A DNA stretch of 63,732 nt, filler included, from Dugesia japonica (GCA_001938525.1; 6 parts of 6 records of this genome joined end to end with filler, not necessarily neighbours in it); one strand, 5' to 3'; counted from the first letter of the whole stretch, positions 26,979 through 41,669 are shown. Numbers and translations: made by a program. The notes: generated by a model not told the origin, from the sequence alone.

Positions 26979-27355
26979 CAGGCCGCCCTAACCACAAGCC
27001 TAAATGGGCTATAGTCCAGGGCACAAGACTTTTGGGGCGACAATTTTTATTTGCGATATATATATATTTTGTTATTATTAGTTATTAGTTTTTTTAAAAA
27101 TTTATTTTATTAGTTTTCACGTATTTTGAAATTAAAATAATTCCTTAAAATATTTAACTAATTTTTATATTCAAATTTGCTGAAATGACAAACGATATTA
27201 CAATAATTTATGATGCCATAAACTTCGATAGACGACACTTTTGTATAACTTTGTCGGACACCTCGCTCCCGTTTGCTATTCTATGAATTTTCTTACGAAG
27301 AGGGGCACATTATTTTTAGTAGCCCACGGGCGCCAAATTTCTTAAGACGGTCCTG
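26979..27355. mobile_element. hAT-type MITE with 8-bp TSD
   Basis: TIRs CAGGCCGCCCTAA / TTAAGACGGTCCTG. Exact 8-bp TSD ACACAAAC at 26971-26978 and 27356-27363. Confidence 0.8.
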
Positions 27356-27914
27356 ACACAAACTATTAATTTGTCTTTTTAAACAAATTTAAAACAAGCT
27401 AAACATTTTTTAAAATTCTGACTGAAGTGGATCCTTTGAAAATTATTTAAAAACGAAAAACATTAAATTTTAGTAAATTACAATTTTTAATTATAAATTA
27501 TAAATTATTCCAAATTTTTAATTAAATCTTACAACATTTTTAAATTATCTATTCAAATTATATAACATTATTTTTTTTATACAAATAATATCATTAAAAT
27601 TACATTATATTATTTAATTAATTTTAAATTATCTATTCAAATTATAAAACATATTCTTAATACGAATGAAAATTATTCAAAACTTTTTAAAAATTACATT
27701 TAATTATTTATTTAAGCGTTTATTTATCTGTTATTAAAATGCAACAAATTTATCAAATCCCAAAATCAAATTTAATTANNNNNNNNNNNNNNNNNNNNNN
27801 NNNNNNNNNNNNNNNNNNNNNNTTAATTAATTAANNNNNNNNNNNNNNNNNNNNNNNNNNNNNNNNNNNNNNNNNNNNGTTTAATAAATTTTATAAATAT
27901 TTTCATTAATTTAA

Positions 27915-28128
27915 CCCTTTCGCCCCTATTGGGACAATATGTCCCAGAAACTTTCATCATGATCCTTTTGGGATATTTTCATAGTTGGAACCTATTATAG
28001 GACTTTCTAGGATATTCAGAAGAGCCACGATTATAAAAATGAGAATATTTCATATTTAGGTCAATATTAACAAGTTCCAATATATAAATTTAGCTTAAAG
28101 TCATCAGTGAAAAGTCGGTGCGAAAGAG
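27915..28128. mobile_element. piggyBac-like MITE
   Basis: TTAA-CCCTTTCGC...GCGAAAGAG-TTAG: CCC-type terminus and near-TTAA target site. Confidence 0.55.
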
Positions 28129-28699
28129 TTAGATCCATATTGGAAACGATAAACTATGTAAAAGTATTTCCAAAACTTATTTTAACATCGATAAATATAT
28201 GTTGAGATATTATATCCATCATTTTTATTTAATTTTCAAAATTGACAAATTATAATTGTCAAAAAAAAATACCAAATTATATACCAATATTTATACAAGA
28301 TGAAACAATTGTTTGTTACTGGAACACCAAATAACAAATTTCTAAATAAAATTTTACTTTAAAAATATTATTCTTGTAAGAAATTTCTTTTCATATCAAT
28401 TATTGTAAAACAACACTACTTCACGGAATAATATTCATGTTGTTATTGTTGTTTTTTGTTTTTTGAAAAACATTATCGTTAACATTGGTAAAGTGTTTCT
28501 ATTCTTTTAAGGATTTCATTGAAATGATTTAATTGTTAAAATTACTTTAAAATTCAGAATATGAAAAAAAGAAAGTTATTGATTATACTGATGAAAAATA
28601 CTATTACAAAATTGAAAAATAATATTATATCTGTGCAAATGTTCATCTCGTTTTTTTTACAAAAAATTAGGAATAATTTATTTTAAAATAAATTACATT

Positions 28700-29030
28700 T
28701 CACCAATACAATATTGACCGATCTGTTGGATACCTTTCTCCATCTATCTGGTAGTTGCACAATGCCACATTTATAGAAACTCGAAGATTTCTGGCTAAAA
28801 AACTGATTCAAGTGATCTTTCAAATCTTCCAAAGAAGAAAAGTTCTTAACACATAAACTGTTTTTTTATAGTCGAAGGATGCAAGGTCAGATAAGTACTA
28901 AAACATTCGAGTCCAGTTATTGAAGATTCTGTCTGGTGGCCAAAAACGCTTGGTGTGCAACACAATATCCTTTCGAGCAACCCATGTATAATTGCGATCA
29001 AGTTCATTTGGGTAATTGCTTTACCTGATC
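28700..29030 (-). mobile_element. Degraded mariner transposase C-terminus
   Basis: Minus-strand fragments SDLASFDY (cf. YSPDLAPSDY), KNFSSLEDLKDHLNQF and FYKCGIVQLPDRWRKV, joined across frameshifts. Confidence 0.75.
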
Positions 29031-29818
29031 CCATTTTATCAACAGATATTATTGTTATATAATATACATTTTCTTACTGATATTTAACAGACTGTAAATG
29101 AAAACTTTTGCATCTAATATTCAGAGGTTTTGGTATATAAAAATAATTATTACTAAATTAAATTTCTTTAAATAAAAACTCGGAGTAGAATAGTTCTTTT
29201 TATCATAAATTGTTTAAAAATTCGAGTATTATAAATTAATATGATATTCGTATTCAACATTCTAAGTTTTGAATATCTTTAGACTTATAACAAAANATAA
29301 CAAAATATAACGGAAAAATTATTTAATTATTACATATTTCTAAATACTTGTACTTTAGCCGCTTTTATTTATTTAATGTTTATTTTAAAATTTTTATAAT
29401 TTTATAATATTTATTTATTTTTTATAATATTTATTTTCTAAAATATTTATTTAATCATCTTAAAATTTATTTATTTATTTTATTTTAAAGATTTTTTGAG
29501 AAATTCTTTTTGAACGTTTTATGGTATTTTAATAAGAAAAAAAGAAAACAATACATTTATCGAATTATTTAAAAGGTTCATTAAAAAATTTAGATCATTA
29601 TTATTATGTTTATTATTAAAAATTTTATAAATTTATATTGTGTTGTTGAGGCTTTTCATTTTATTTATATTTTTAGAAATGGCTTGGAAGTAGTTTTGCG
29701 GATAACGAACACGACAAATGTTATATAAATGTGAGACAATTTTATACATTATTAAAATAAAAAATATTTAAAATACTAACGGATATTACCAAATAGTATG
29801 AAATAAATAAAATACTTA

Positions 29819-29888
29819 CTCCATCCCATAAAAAGTGGATTTTAAATTAAAATTAAATTTATTAAATCCACTTTTTTATGGGATGGAG
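29819..29888. mobile_element. 70-bp Stowaway/mariner-like hairpin MITE
   Basis: TA-CTCCATCCCATAAAAAGTGGATTT...AAATCCACTTTTTTATGGGATGGAG-TA, a near-perfect inverted repeat flanked by TA. Confidence 0.65.
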
Positions 29889-32800
29889 TAAGTATGTATT
29901 TATTATTTGCTCCAATCTTTATTCATATTTGAATAACTTATAAAAATAGTAAATATTTGTCTGACCACACTTATTAATTATCTAAATTTTTATTTTTTTA
30001 GTTATACTATTTAAATAGTATGACTCATATTAATCTGTAATATACGTTCGCAAAGTGTAAATTGAAATGTTAAAATGGACAATAACAAAAATATTAAAGA
30101 TATTGTAANNNNNNNNNNNNNNNNNNNNNNNNNNNNNNNNNNNNNNNNNNNNNNNNNNNNNNNNNNNNNNNNNNNNNNCAGAATTACCACAAAGTAACGG
30201 ATAAACTCACTTTTTCCTAAACAAACAATAGGAAAGAATTTTTAATAATTAATTAGCTCATGAGAAAAATCTTTAAAATAATTTCTTTCATAAGATTTAG
30301 TAATTATAAAATTTTACATAATATATTTATTAATATAAATAATTGTGGAATAAAGACACTTTGTATAGTATTAGTAATAAGAAATGGGAAATAAATGATT
30401 ATCCATTCAATTTTAATATTATAAGCATCAATTATTATAAAACATCATTATAAAGTCTTATATTATCTTCGTAAGAATAATTCAAAAATCAGTCATAAAT
30501 GGGAAATTTTTTTAATTTAATTTAAATAATTTGAGGTATATTTTATTATATTATAATTATTTTTTGAAATATTTTTAAATATTATTTAGAAGATTTTATC
30601 GTAGAAAAATATATTAGAGATTTTTGAAATAGAATACATTCTTTCGAAAGTTTATTTGAAAATGTAATTTAATTTAAATAATTGTTATATATTTTATTAT
30701 ATTAAAAATTATTTTGAATAAGAATATTTTTCAAATTATTCTAGGAATATATTTTTGAAATATATATAGTAAGAAATATATTACCCTTTTTTTAAATAGT
30801 AAAAATTATTTTGGAACATTATAAGATTATTGAAATGTATATTATTAGAAAATGTCGCTTGTGTGTTTTTATTAAAAAGTCGATATTTTTAAATATAAAT
30901 TTAATATTTTCAAATATGAGTTATTTGTTTAAATATGATGTATTTTTTTATATTTTTTTCAATTTTATAAAAACAATTATGATATTGAATAAAAATTATA
31001 GATAATTGTGAAATTATCAATTTAATAATAGTCTTGAATTATATTATCACTAATTTATTCCCGTTCTCATTCGATCTCATTACTTCAAACTTTTTTCTTA
31101 AGTAATTTTAACTTTGATGCTAGGATTTATTAAATTTTAATAAATGGGAAATATAATTTGGATTTAGAGGAAAACCGTAAATTGAGACACTAAAACGTTT
31201 GATGATCGAATTGCGTAATATTATAGACTTAATTTATTTTCATTTATAAATTTATAAATTAATATTTCATTTTGACACTATACAGATGACTTTTAACTAT
31301 TATGTAATAATTTATTTCAATACATTAACAAATTGAATGCCTTTGTGATTAAAAAAGTGGACTTTATCTATTAATTAATTATTATTTATTTAATTAATTA
31401 AAAAGATTTAAATAATGATTAATTAATCAAAACTTTTGGAAGTAAAATATTGATTTCCCGTATACGGTTCATTTACAGAAGAATTAAAAAAGACAAAAAA
31501 TTAAAAATTAATCTTTATATTATACAGAATTTTGATAAGTCTCTACCTAATTCGTCAACAACTTATATAAAACAAAAGGAAGGACAAATAATGACATTTT
31601 TTATATAATGTATTTAATAAAGTTTTTAGTATTCAAAGAATTTCCCATCAGTTTTTACGCATTGCTGCAAACTTCATAGAAAGGCCACATGACATTTTTT
31701 AGTAATTGTGGGGTTATTTTAGAACATATATTTTAGATGAATTCTTTTAGTTGCTCTTTATTGTAAAGGTTTCACTTGTAAACTTCATTTTAAGGTAACA
31801 AAAATAAGATACCGTTAAGAAAAAACGTGCTCTCGTTAGAAGTTTCCAGTAGACCAAAGAAATCTTCTGAACGACCTGATTCTTCCAAAATTGCTTCACT
31901 TGATAGCTGTTGATTTTGAAAGTTTTCTTCAAAGATCTTTTGGTAGCATAGAATCCTATAAGGAAAGCAATGTAACTATTTTCTTTAAATGGTATAATTC
32001 GAATATCTTGAGATATCAAGAGTGACATTAATGTCAGTTATGGATAAGAATTGATTTGGTCTTTCTGCACTTTTCCTGCATTCTCTGGAGTAACAGCGCT
32101 CGCAGGCCTAACTTATAGAAATAAGCTAATAGTCCCCAAGACAAACAAGATTTCCTGCATCCAAGAAAAAAATTTTTTTAACCTAATTAATTCATTACTG
32201 CTTGATAATGTCATCTTCCATATCCCTTTTTATCTGGTTCACTCATTAATAACAAGTGAATAAAATAAAATGCTCGATTTCTAGTTAAATAATTAGCACC
32301 GAGGGCTGTACTTTATTAGTTTGCACAAGTAAAATAAATTTGAGGGGGTTGACGGGCTTAATAGTTATTTTTGGCAAGAGATTTGTAATCAATAAAGTAT
32401 TGGAACCATTGCTATATATTAAATTACTATATGTTTTTCAGGTTTTCGGGGGGTTGGAGGCATCAAAAGGATATTGTGCCCCTGGCGCCAGTTAGGCTTG
32501 CTAAGTCACTGTGAAATAATTAAAGATCAATTTATTAATTTATTTAATTGATCATTTGTCAGCTTTAAACTGTAATTTTTTAAAAGTGTTGATCTAAAGT
32601 TAACCAAATCGTTTTTTTTTTTGAATAAACAATATTAAAATTCAATGAAATAAAAATACAGAAAGAAAATAATACGAATAAATTAGCATAAATTGCACTG
32701 TGTTTATTTTTAATTTGTATTACTTGTCTAGTCGTAAATTGAATACAAAATTTTATCGAAAACTTTTGACTTGAATTATGAAATAATTTCAATGTTAAAT

Positions 32801-33194
32801 TCAATTTTACATTAAATTCGTTTTTAACAACAAAACATTTTTTATTTCAAAAAATTATTTTACAAGCAAAGATCAAAGTTGTTGTTCTTTTATTTTCAAT
32901 ATTTCGGCATAGCATTCTTCAGAAACTCTTTTTACAAACTTTGACATAAAGACAGATTTTTCATTGGATTTTAATTGTAATAAAAATTAAATTAACAGTT
33001 TCTCAATTAATTTCTGCAAAGCATTATGATAAATCTATTTTTTAAATTGTTTTAAAGCTTAAAAAATTATTTTTTTAAAAACCATTTATCTGCCAATAAA
33101 TAAATTCGTCTTTAACAACCAATAATTTTTTCTTTCAAAAAATTATTTAACAAGCAAAGATCAATTTTACATATTATAGAATTGTTATTTTTAG

Positions 33195-33641
33195 GAAATC
33201 TTTGATGGTCCATTTCCGCAATTACCAAGATACCAATCACATTTGTTTTATAAAAAGATACACAGAAAAACATGGAAAAGAAGTCTATGTATTCTGCGAA
33301 ATTCTGGTCTTTATGCATTTAAAAAATGCACTAAAAATAACGTAATATATTTTCTTTCTTTCTGTTTTATAATTCATGTTTTATACCCAGTTTTCTGATT
33401 TGGAATTAATTATTAGTCTTCATCCGAGCCTTCATTTGTACACTACAATCGGTGGTTGGACCCAATATAAAACACCAACTCCATATGGGTTTTGTTTGAA
33501 AGTATATGATTTTTAAAACAAAAATCTGCATTTACAGTATAATAGACATATGGAGAACAAAGTCAAAAGTATATTGCATATTTTTGTGCACCTTCAGAAG
33601 CTTCTTTGAGGTATTGGTCTTCCATGTTCAGAATTGCATTA
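33195..33641 (+). CDS. PH domain of an MRL/Grb7-family (RA-PH) adaptor such as RIAM/lamellipodin/Grb10-like, three internal exons
   Basis: Phase-0 GT-AG exons 33195-33341, 33391-33501 and 33546-33641 give ...HLFYKKIHRKTWKRSLCILRNSGLYAFKK...YKTPTPYGFCLK-TYGEQSQKYIAYFCAPSEASLRYWSSMFRIAL. This matches family motifs WK..Y..LR.SG.Y, YK.PT...F.LK and W...IRIAK. Not in the ORF track. Confidence 0.8.
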
Positions 33642-33699
33642 GTAAGCAAAAATATTTAGTATAATTAGTACAAGTGATTTGATAAACTATTAAAATTAA

Positions 33700-34420
33700 A
33701 TATATTAAGTAAATGAAATTTTTTAATAAAGATATGTTAAAGATTGTGTAACTGATTAAAACAACTTCTCATCTTTTTATTAATTGGTGCTGACGTATCT
33801 GAGGTTGTAGAAAGAGATCCTCAAATTGTTTTATCTTTACCTTATTCTGAATGTTTTAAAAAAATTAAACTTTTGATTAAAAATGCTTTTAAGAATATTT
33901 TTAATTTAAATGTTGTATTTCAATCTCATAAGGTTATAAATATGTTCAATAATAAATCTATAACCCCTTTACGCATGTGCTCTGATCTGGTCTATCAATT
34001 TAAATGTAATTAGTGTAACGCCAAACACATTGGAGACATCCCGTCATCTCTGCTCCAGAGTTCAAGAACATAGTCGAAATAGTGGAAATTGTAATATGAT
34101 ATAATATAATATAATAGAAAATATATAAAATCAATAGGATTTTCTGATTTTAAAAGCTTGTACAGTGGATTTAATAATTATTGGAGAGAGTGATGTGTGA
34201 AACTTTGTTGATGAGGGCAATAGATCCTAAAATTAATGTTCTGTTGACGGATTCAATATCGCTCTTAAAATTATTTTATTGATTATTTATTGAGATTGCA
34301 CAATTGAAATTTTATAATCATTTAAACTTTATAAATAGTTTGTTTTAATATTCTTTAATTGCCTGATGTTGACGATTATTCCGTCGAAATTAATAAATAT
34401 TTTATGAAATGGCACTCATT
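33700..34420 (+). mobile_element. Penelope-like retroelement 3' remnant (GIY-YIG plus hammerhead-like motif)
   Basis: DLVYQFKCN*CNAKHIGD/SRHLCSRVQEHS, then CTGATG(T)-T-GACGattattcCGTC-GAAA-TTAAT at ~34363-34395. Confidence 0.75.
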
Positions 34421-34949
34421 AATTTTTATAAAAAAATTGCCAATGTTTTTTTGAGTTTTTATTAATTGATTTAATTATTAACTTTTTTTGTTTAATAATT
34501 AAATATGTGACCTCCTTAATAAAATTAATAAAAAGTATTAATTGCAATTAAATTATTAATTAAATTATTTATATAAATTATTGATTAATTTCCAAATTTT
34601 AATTGGTGCTTATAGTTTCAATTTCATACAAACTTAAATTTGTTTTCGAAAAATCAGTGATTTAAAATTTTTCTTTAATTTAATATATAAATAAAGTGAA
34701 GTGAAATCTTATCAACGTGAATATTATCTTAATTTATTAAAAATAATATATTGGTGACAATATAGTTAGTCATAATTAATAATATTAGCTACTAAAAAGT
34801 GTCAGTAGTATTTTCAGTAATATGGTTTTTGATGATAATTTTTTAATTAAATTTTGTTTTATTATTCTATAGTAGGTAACCATTTTGAATTGCGTTTTCC
34901 GATTAAAGTAATATAACAAACATTTTATTTAAATTGATTGTTGAAACAT

Positions 34950-35430
34950 TTCCCTGGCATTTATAAAAAAGATGAACATTAAGCAGATTTTTGGTAAGTT
35001 TGTTATTTGAATGCAAAAAAGGAAACTCTGGTTTCGAAAATTTAAAAATGGAGACGAGGGTCTTAAAGTTTAAGAATTCCATGAACAGAACCCTGTAATT
35101 AACGATATTCAATTGAAGGAGTTCAGTCGAAATTGATCGGAGTACAACTTTTCAGGAACTTGTGTATCTTTCAACTATTTTTGAGAAATTGGGAAATCAA
35201 GAACGGTCAATTATCCAACATGACAATTATTTTTATTCCACTCCATTTTACATCGAGTCTGCAACTATTAGTATTAAATAAAAGATACAAAAAAATCTTT
35301 TGTAGACACATTTTGGATTTCTATGAAGATACTATAAAATGAACAGACTGAATGCGTAAAGTGGATATGTTGGGTATTTCTAAACAACAAAAGATTTTAT
35401 GGCTCGATCAATTGAAACTATGGATTGATC
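34950..35430 (+). mobile_element. Degraded, internally deleted mariner transposase
   Basis: WFRKFKNGDEGLK, LKE..E.DRSTTFQEL, IIQHDN and FYED fragments. Confidence 0.6.
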
Positions 35431-36983
35431 TACACAAATTGATTTTAGGGTGTTATTAATATGTGTAGTATGTAGATACTTTTACTATATAGCTGTAATA
35501 TATTTACGAAAAATTATAAATATGGTAATATGTGTAAATATTCTTATGCTAATAAAAAAACACACCTTAAAATATGATATTTTTGGTATATAATGATATT
35601 GTACAACTTTAATAACTTAGAGCGCTATATTTTATTTAAAGCAAGGAAGCCGTTTAAAGAAATTGGTTCCTTGAATTAAAAAGTTAATTCGAAAAAACTA
35701 CTGAAATACATCAGTATTTATACTATTTTTTCGAACGGGACACGCTACTTAACCCACATAAACTTTTCATAAAAACTAAAAATTATTCATAAAAACCTAC
35801 ATAAATTTTCATAAAAACTAAAATTTGTGTAAAAATATTGATTTATTTTATTTTTTTTCAATATATACGGGGTTTTTCAAAAAATACATTGATTTTTTTA
35901 AATACTAATTTATATGCATGGTTCCATTAAAATAAACCGATATAGTAAAATGATAAAAATATTAACAATACAAATAACATCGCAATAATTATTAATAAAA
36001 TAAAATTCAAATATTAAAATAATACACCAATAATTATCAATAAAGTTTAAGTAATTCAAGTCTGATCAAAGAAGTCAATATAAAGGAATAAGGTAACAAA
36101 ATCAATAAAGTTAGATTGCTGAGAGAATACTGGATGGGTTTCTGGACTTAAATCATTTTGAATTTTACTGGCTTTGAATTCGAATATTGATCGCATATTA
36201 AAAATTGATTGTTTGTTATGTTTGTGTGTGTGTGTGTGTGTTCATATATGTGTATGTTTGTAAATTTGTTGCTGAAACCTCAAGAGATACATAAATGCTG
36301 AAATTAAAGTTTACTAAAAATAATCTGTAATTATTGTAATACAAATGTAATATAATTGCAATAAAAATAAGGAAATTTGTTTCAACGAAGAAAATGCTTG
36401 ATGCGATCAAGAATAAATAAGAAGATTACATTGATAGTGAAATTTATTTGAATTTTGATGTCTTTTCATTACAAACGTTTAATTTGGAAAATGAAAAAAT
36501 TCTTGATACTGTTAAAAATACTGAAATTGGTAAAAAAGAAATGGAAAAAGAATTTGAAGTTGAATATGACGACGACAGCAAAGGTGAAAATATAGGTGAT
36601 GAACATATTAGACTAGAAAATTAGTTAAAAGAAGATCATGTGTTCCATATAAAAATGAACGGGAACAAATTGAAACACCCATCAATTTTCCCAACGGTAC
36701 GTCTCAAACAACCGAGGATATTATGAGCCATTTTCATGTTGAAAATTAAAATAGACGATTGGCATTAAAAGATAAAGGATAGTTAATGATTAGATCATTC
36801 ATCAATAAACTTTTATGTTAATTTCGTTAGTGTTCACTGTACTATTTGTGTGTTTATTTATGTAATTTATTACCGTTCAAATAAAAATAAGTGGTTTTAT
36901 GGATTTTTTCATAGAAATTCGATTCATCATTAAAATTAATTCATTAATTAAATACTTCGTAATTCTTAGACTATCGTGTATGA

Positions 36984-37301
36984 CAGGGGTGTCAAACTCG
37001 CGGCCTGTCCAATATATCGGCACACAATAATATATAATAAAATAACAAAACGATGCAGAATAAAAATAAGATTGGTAGAATTTGCATAANTTTTTTTTAC
37101 TCATTTTTTGCTATTCATTAAGAAAATGTGTACATTTATTTCGAATATACCACCATTAAGTAACTACGGTAGTTAAGCACGAATAATATCTAAAATATGC
37201 CAAATTTAGATTACTGATTTTTTGACAGTATTATATCGGTCCGCTGACTAACGAATTTGGTCTAATGCGGCCCAAGAGATCATTTGTGTTTGAGACCCCT
37301 G
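36984..37301. mobile_element. hAT (Charlie-like) MITE
   Basis: TIRs CAGGGGTGTCAAAC / GTTTGAGACCCCTG, subterminal GCGGCC, and an imperfect 8-bp TSD GTGTATGA / GTGTACGG. Confidence 0.75.
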
Positions 37302-38179
37302 GTGTACGGTAAATAATAGAGAATTTTTTAAGATTGGATTTATCACCAAAAGTGCTAGTTTAAAAATATTACAGATGCTATTGTCAGTATAATATTTTTT
37401 TCCTATCTAACAGAATAATGAAATTAAAATCATTGTATAATTACAATTATTGTGAGAATAATTGTTGGACTTTAGGTCATGTATAGGTACTTTTTGATTT
37501 TAGGAAGAATGAAATCAAATTTAAAAATTTTAAATTTGAAAAATTCGTTTACGTTGACGTGTCACTAAATTTTTAACGCAATAATCAGATTCGTCATCAC
37601 TTTACGATTCAAACGATACCAAAATTTACTTAATTAAAACAAAAAATTACCACAAAAATTAAATTTTAAAAAAAGATAAAAAAAATAAAAATAAAAATAA
37701 AAAAAACAATAAAAAAAAAGATAAAAATAAAAAGTAAAAAAAAATCTTCATTCCAAAATTTTCTTTGCCCAGGGGGGGAACGGGGTGGGCTGATGCCTCA
37801 CTAAAAAAANNNNNNNNNNNNNNNNNNNNNNNNNNNNNNNNNNNNNNNNNNNNTTAATTAATTAANNNNNNNNNNNNNNNNNNNNNNNNNNNNNNNNNNN
37901 NNNNNNNNNGATTCCCATGAATTTTTTGTTATTAAATAAATTTTAATCAGTCACTTTTGTTTTTCTTAAAAAATTGTTAAAAATATTTTTAGTAAAAAAA
38001 AAAATAAAATAAATTTTTTGTTTAAAAAAAAAAATTTTTAAAAAAAAAAGATAAAAAAAAAGATAAAAAAAAAGATTAAAAAAAAGATTAAAAAAATTTA
38101 TAAAAATCTATTTTTAGTAACAGGGGGGAGGGGGGTAGAAAAGTGGAGGTTCAGTGCGGACATGTCTCACTACTATGCT

Positions 38180-38790
38180 ACTATACTGTTCAGATAACAA
38201 AAAAGTTGAAGAAGAAGTGACTTTTCTGAAACGACAGAATATAAAAGAAATTGAAGAAACAATGGCGTTAGTATATCGTGTAGAGAAAAAGGGAGATCAG
38301 GTTTATGCAGTTAGAAGTTACGCGAGAGTTAAAAAATTATCAAAAACCTGTAGATCATACAGTGAATAAACAAGTGGATCAAAGAAAGGAAAAACAAAAT
38401 TTCGAATGTTAGTCATGTCATAAGATAGATCATACTAAAGCAAATTGACCGACGAAAAAAGTGGTAGAGTATTGACTTGTCATAAAGCAGGAAATATAAT
38501 TCGAGATTGTCCAAATAAAAAACCGAAATGTTTTGGCTGTGGAAAAATTGATCATATTATAAGGTTATGTCAAGAAGTGAGGTGTAAACAATGTGAAAAT
38601 GGTGGCATTGGACAAAAGAGTACTACACAAATTGAGAAATGAAAAAAACCTGAGAAATTTATGACTGCAGAAAGATCAAGAAATACTCGATATAATCGAG
38701 TACATGCGATTGAAGATGAAGATGTCAATACAAACGATCGAAAGGTGGAAATATTCTGTAATTAAATAGATGAAAAAAATTACTAAAGAA
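38180..38790 (+). mobile_element. Ty3/Gypsy gag remnant with CCHC zinc knuckles
   Basis: TCHKAGNIIRDCP, CFGCGKIDHIIRLC and CKQCENGG(H) across frameshifts. Confidence 0.75.
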
Positions 38791-39518
38791 GGAAATTTTT
38801 GATTCTTTTTTTCGTAATAATTTAGTGTGATAAAATAATTTTATGTATCACCATAATCTATTTGATTTATATAAAAAAGTTTTCAACTTTGAGATAGCTA
38901 TTAAAAACCAATAGTAGTGGTTTAGTATTTTTGGTTAAAAATTTTAATTTAGAATTTTTAAAATTTGATTGGTTGAAAATTTGGGTAGAAAAAAATTTCG
39001 ATTTCAAATTTTATTGGTTGAATTTTTGTTCAAGAAGTTCGAAAGTTTGAATTTTGGTTTATAAATTTTTAGGTCAATTTTTATCGTATGGTTTCAAATT
39101 TGGTATGGTTGAACTTGTAATTAAATTCTGTATAAGGATATATATAAATTATAATTAAAATAATTTTAAAAATATTTTCAGACCATTAAAATCAAAATTA
39201 AAAGCTCCATAACAATATAATTTTTTTTTTCTCAAAACATGCTTGGTTCTATCAGAAAGAACTGTGGCTGTGGTATTACTATGTACTGTGTGTTTGTGTG
39301 TGCTGTGTTAGTTAAACTGTACTGTGGCTGTGGCTGTGTGTGTGCTGTGTTGTTATAANNNNNNNNNNNNNNNNNNNNNNNNNNNNNNNNNNNNNNNNNN
39401 NNNNNNNNNNNNNNNNNNNNNNNNNNNNNNNNNNNNNNNNNNNNNNNNNNNNNNNNNNNNNNNNNNNNNNNNNNNNNNNNNNNNNNNNNNNNNNNNNNNN
39501 NNNNNNNNNNNNNNNNNN

Positions 39519-39580
<62 letters not shown>

Positions 39581-41669
39581 TGTGAGTTGTTTAGAAGCAA
39601 GTTAAAAATTTTTTGTGCTCTGGTTGAAAATTGTGTTTTAAAAAAATTCAAAATCACAAATTAATACATAAATTAAAATAAATTAAAATTTTTGGAAATG
39701 ACAATTTTGTTTTGAAAGTTCAGAAAATTTTAAAATGATAATTTATTAGAAAGTGATTTTGTTTTGAAATTTTATGAAATTTTTTTAGCAAATGATCATT
39801 TTTTGTTTTATAATTTTTTAAAAATTTCAAAAGGATGTGTTATTAAAAAAATTATTATTTTCTGTAAAATTATCCAATTAATTTAAATCAAGTTTTAAAT
39901 CTAAATTTTTAAATTTGTGAAAAATAATTTCCCATTAGAGCATTTTGTTTGATTAAACAAATAATGATGGTTNNNNNNNNNNNNNNNNNNNNNNNNNNNN
40001 NNNNNNNNNNNNNNNNNNNNNNNNNNNNNNNNNNNNNNNNNNNNNNNNNNNNNNNNNNNNNNNNNNNNNNNNNNNNNNNNNNNNNNNNNNNNNNNNNNNN
40101 NNNNNNNNNNNNNNNNNNNNNNNNNNNNNNNNNNNNNNNNNNNNNNNNNNNNNNNNNNNNNNNNNNNNNNNNNNNNNNNNNNNNNNNNNNNNNNNNNNNN
40201 NNNNNNNNNNNNNNNNNNNNNNNNNNNNNNNNNNNNNNNNNNNNNNNNNATGTGTGCAGAGGTTGAGTGCTACTATCCCTCTACTAACTTTACTGAAATT
40301 AAAAGAAATTTAACAAATCTTATAAGATTAGTCCATATTTTAATTATGGAATTGCCTATGGACTTAGTTTATATCTTTTGTGTAAATATATAGAAAGTTA
40401 TAAAAATCAAGTTATACAAATAAAATTTGGACATAAAAATTTCAAACTAATGTCTCAATTGATAGGTAGGTGGTTGTAATTTACACATAGCTTTCAACAA
40501 TTTGTACAGAGTTTACTATATTTTACACAAACGTGGTGATAATATTTTTATAAGTGGTTACAATTTATGCATAGATGTCAGTAAATTACACATCTGTGGA
40601 CGTAATTCGTACACAAGTGGTTACAATTTGTACATAAGGGGTGATAATATGATTGTAGACCACTATAATTTATTCATGGAATAATGAAATTAGTGTATAG
40701 ATGATTAGATTTGATGCATATTCAATTGATAGATTAGTAATAAGTCAAATAATTTAATTGAACAATTTGACTCAATTAGCTATTAAGTGTAATATTGATT
40801 GACATTACTATATAACACTGGTTTTATTGTAACACATAAGCTTTACAGTAAATACCAAACATACTTTGAGAAAAATAAATTTTTATTCCTATAGAGCTTT
40901 TAATTCCGAGTGAATAGTTTAAAAATATTTTACAAATTATTATTATTTTAATTATTATTATTATTTATAATTAATTATTTATTATTTTGTGAACCGTGCA
41001 TATTTGTACAACAAATCCTGTGTGGAATATGTTCAGTTTTTAATTCTAAGACGAATGATATTAAATCTAAAGCCATTCAATCAGTATTGACTGGAAAATC
41101 CTTAAAACAAAGTTCAAGTGTTCTGATGCGCTACTACACCTGTAGTGAGAACCAAACACATTTTTAAAAAAGTAAAATTATATTCATATACAGAATTTAA
41201 TTACAAAATCAACCATACCAATTTTGAAATCATACCATGAAAATTCGCCGAAAAATTAAATTCCGAAAACTTAAATTTTTGAAATAGTCTACAAAAATTC
41301 GACAAACCAAAATCGAAATCGAAAATTTTTTTCATGTATTTTTATCGACCAATCAAAATGCTCAAATTTTCAGAACACTTTTTTCAAAACACTTGCGGGC
41401 GGGGGAGGAGGAGTATGGGGTTTAGTGCACTACTATCTCACTACTACCAATTCAATCTTTATCTTTTGGGTGAAAGTGTGGATTTCTCATTCACATTTTT
41501 CTATGGTTCTTTGTGCTACTATGAATAGCGAGTATTTTAATATTAATAGAATTTTAAGCTATTGACTAAATAACAACATATTAATATATTTCAAATTTAT
41601 ATGTAAGAAATCACTCTTTTCTTTTTGATTTTTATTTAATTCTTTAACATAAATAATTATGTGTTTTAG

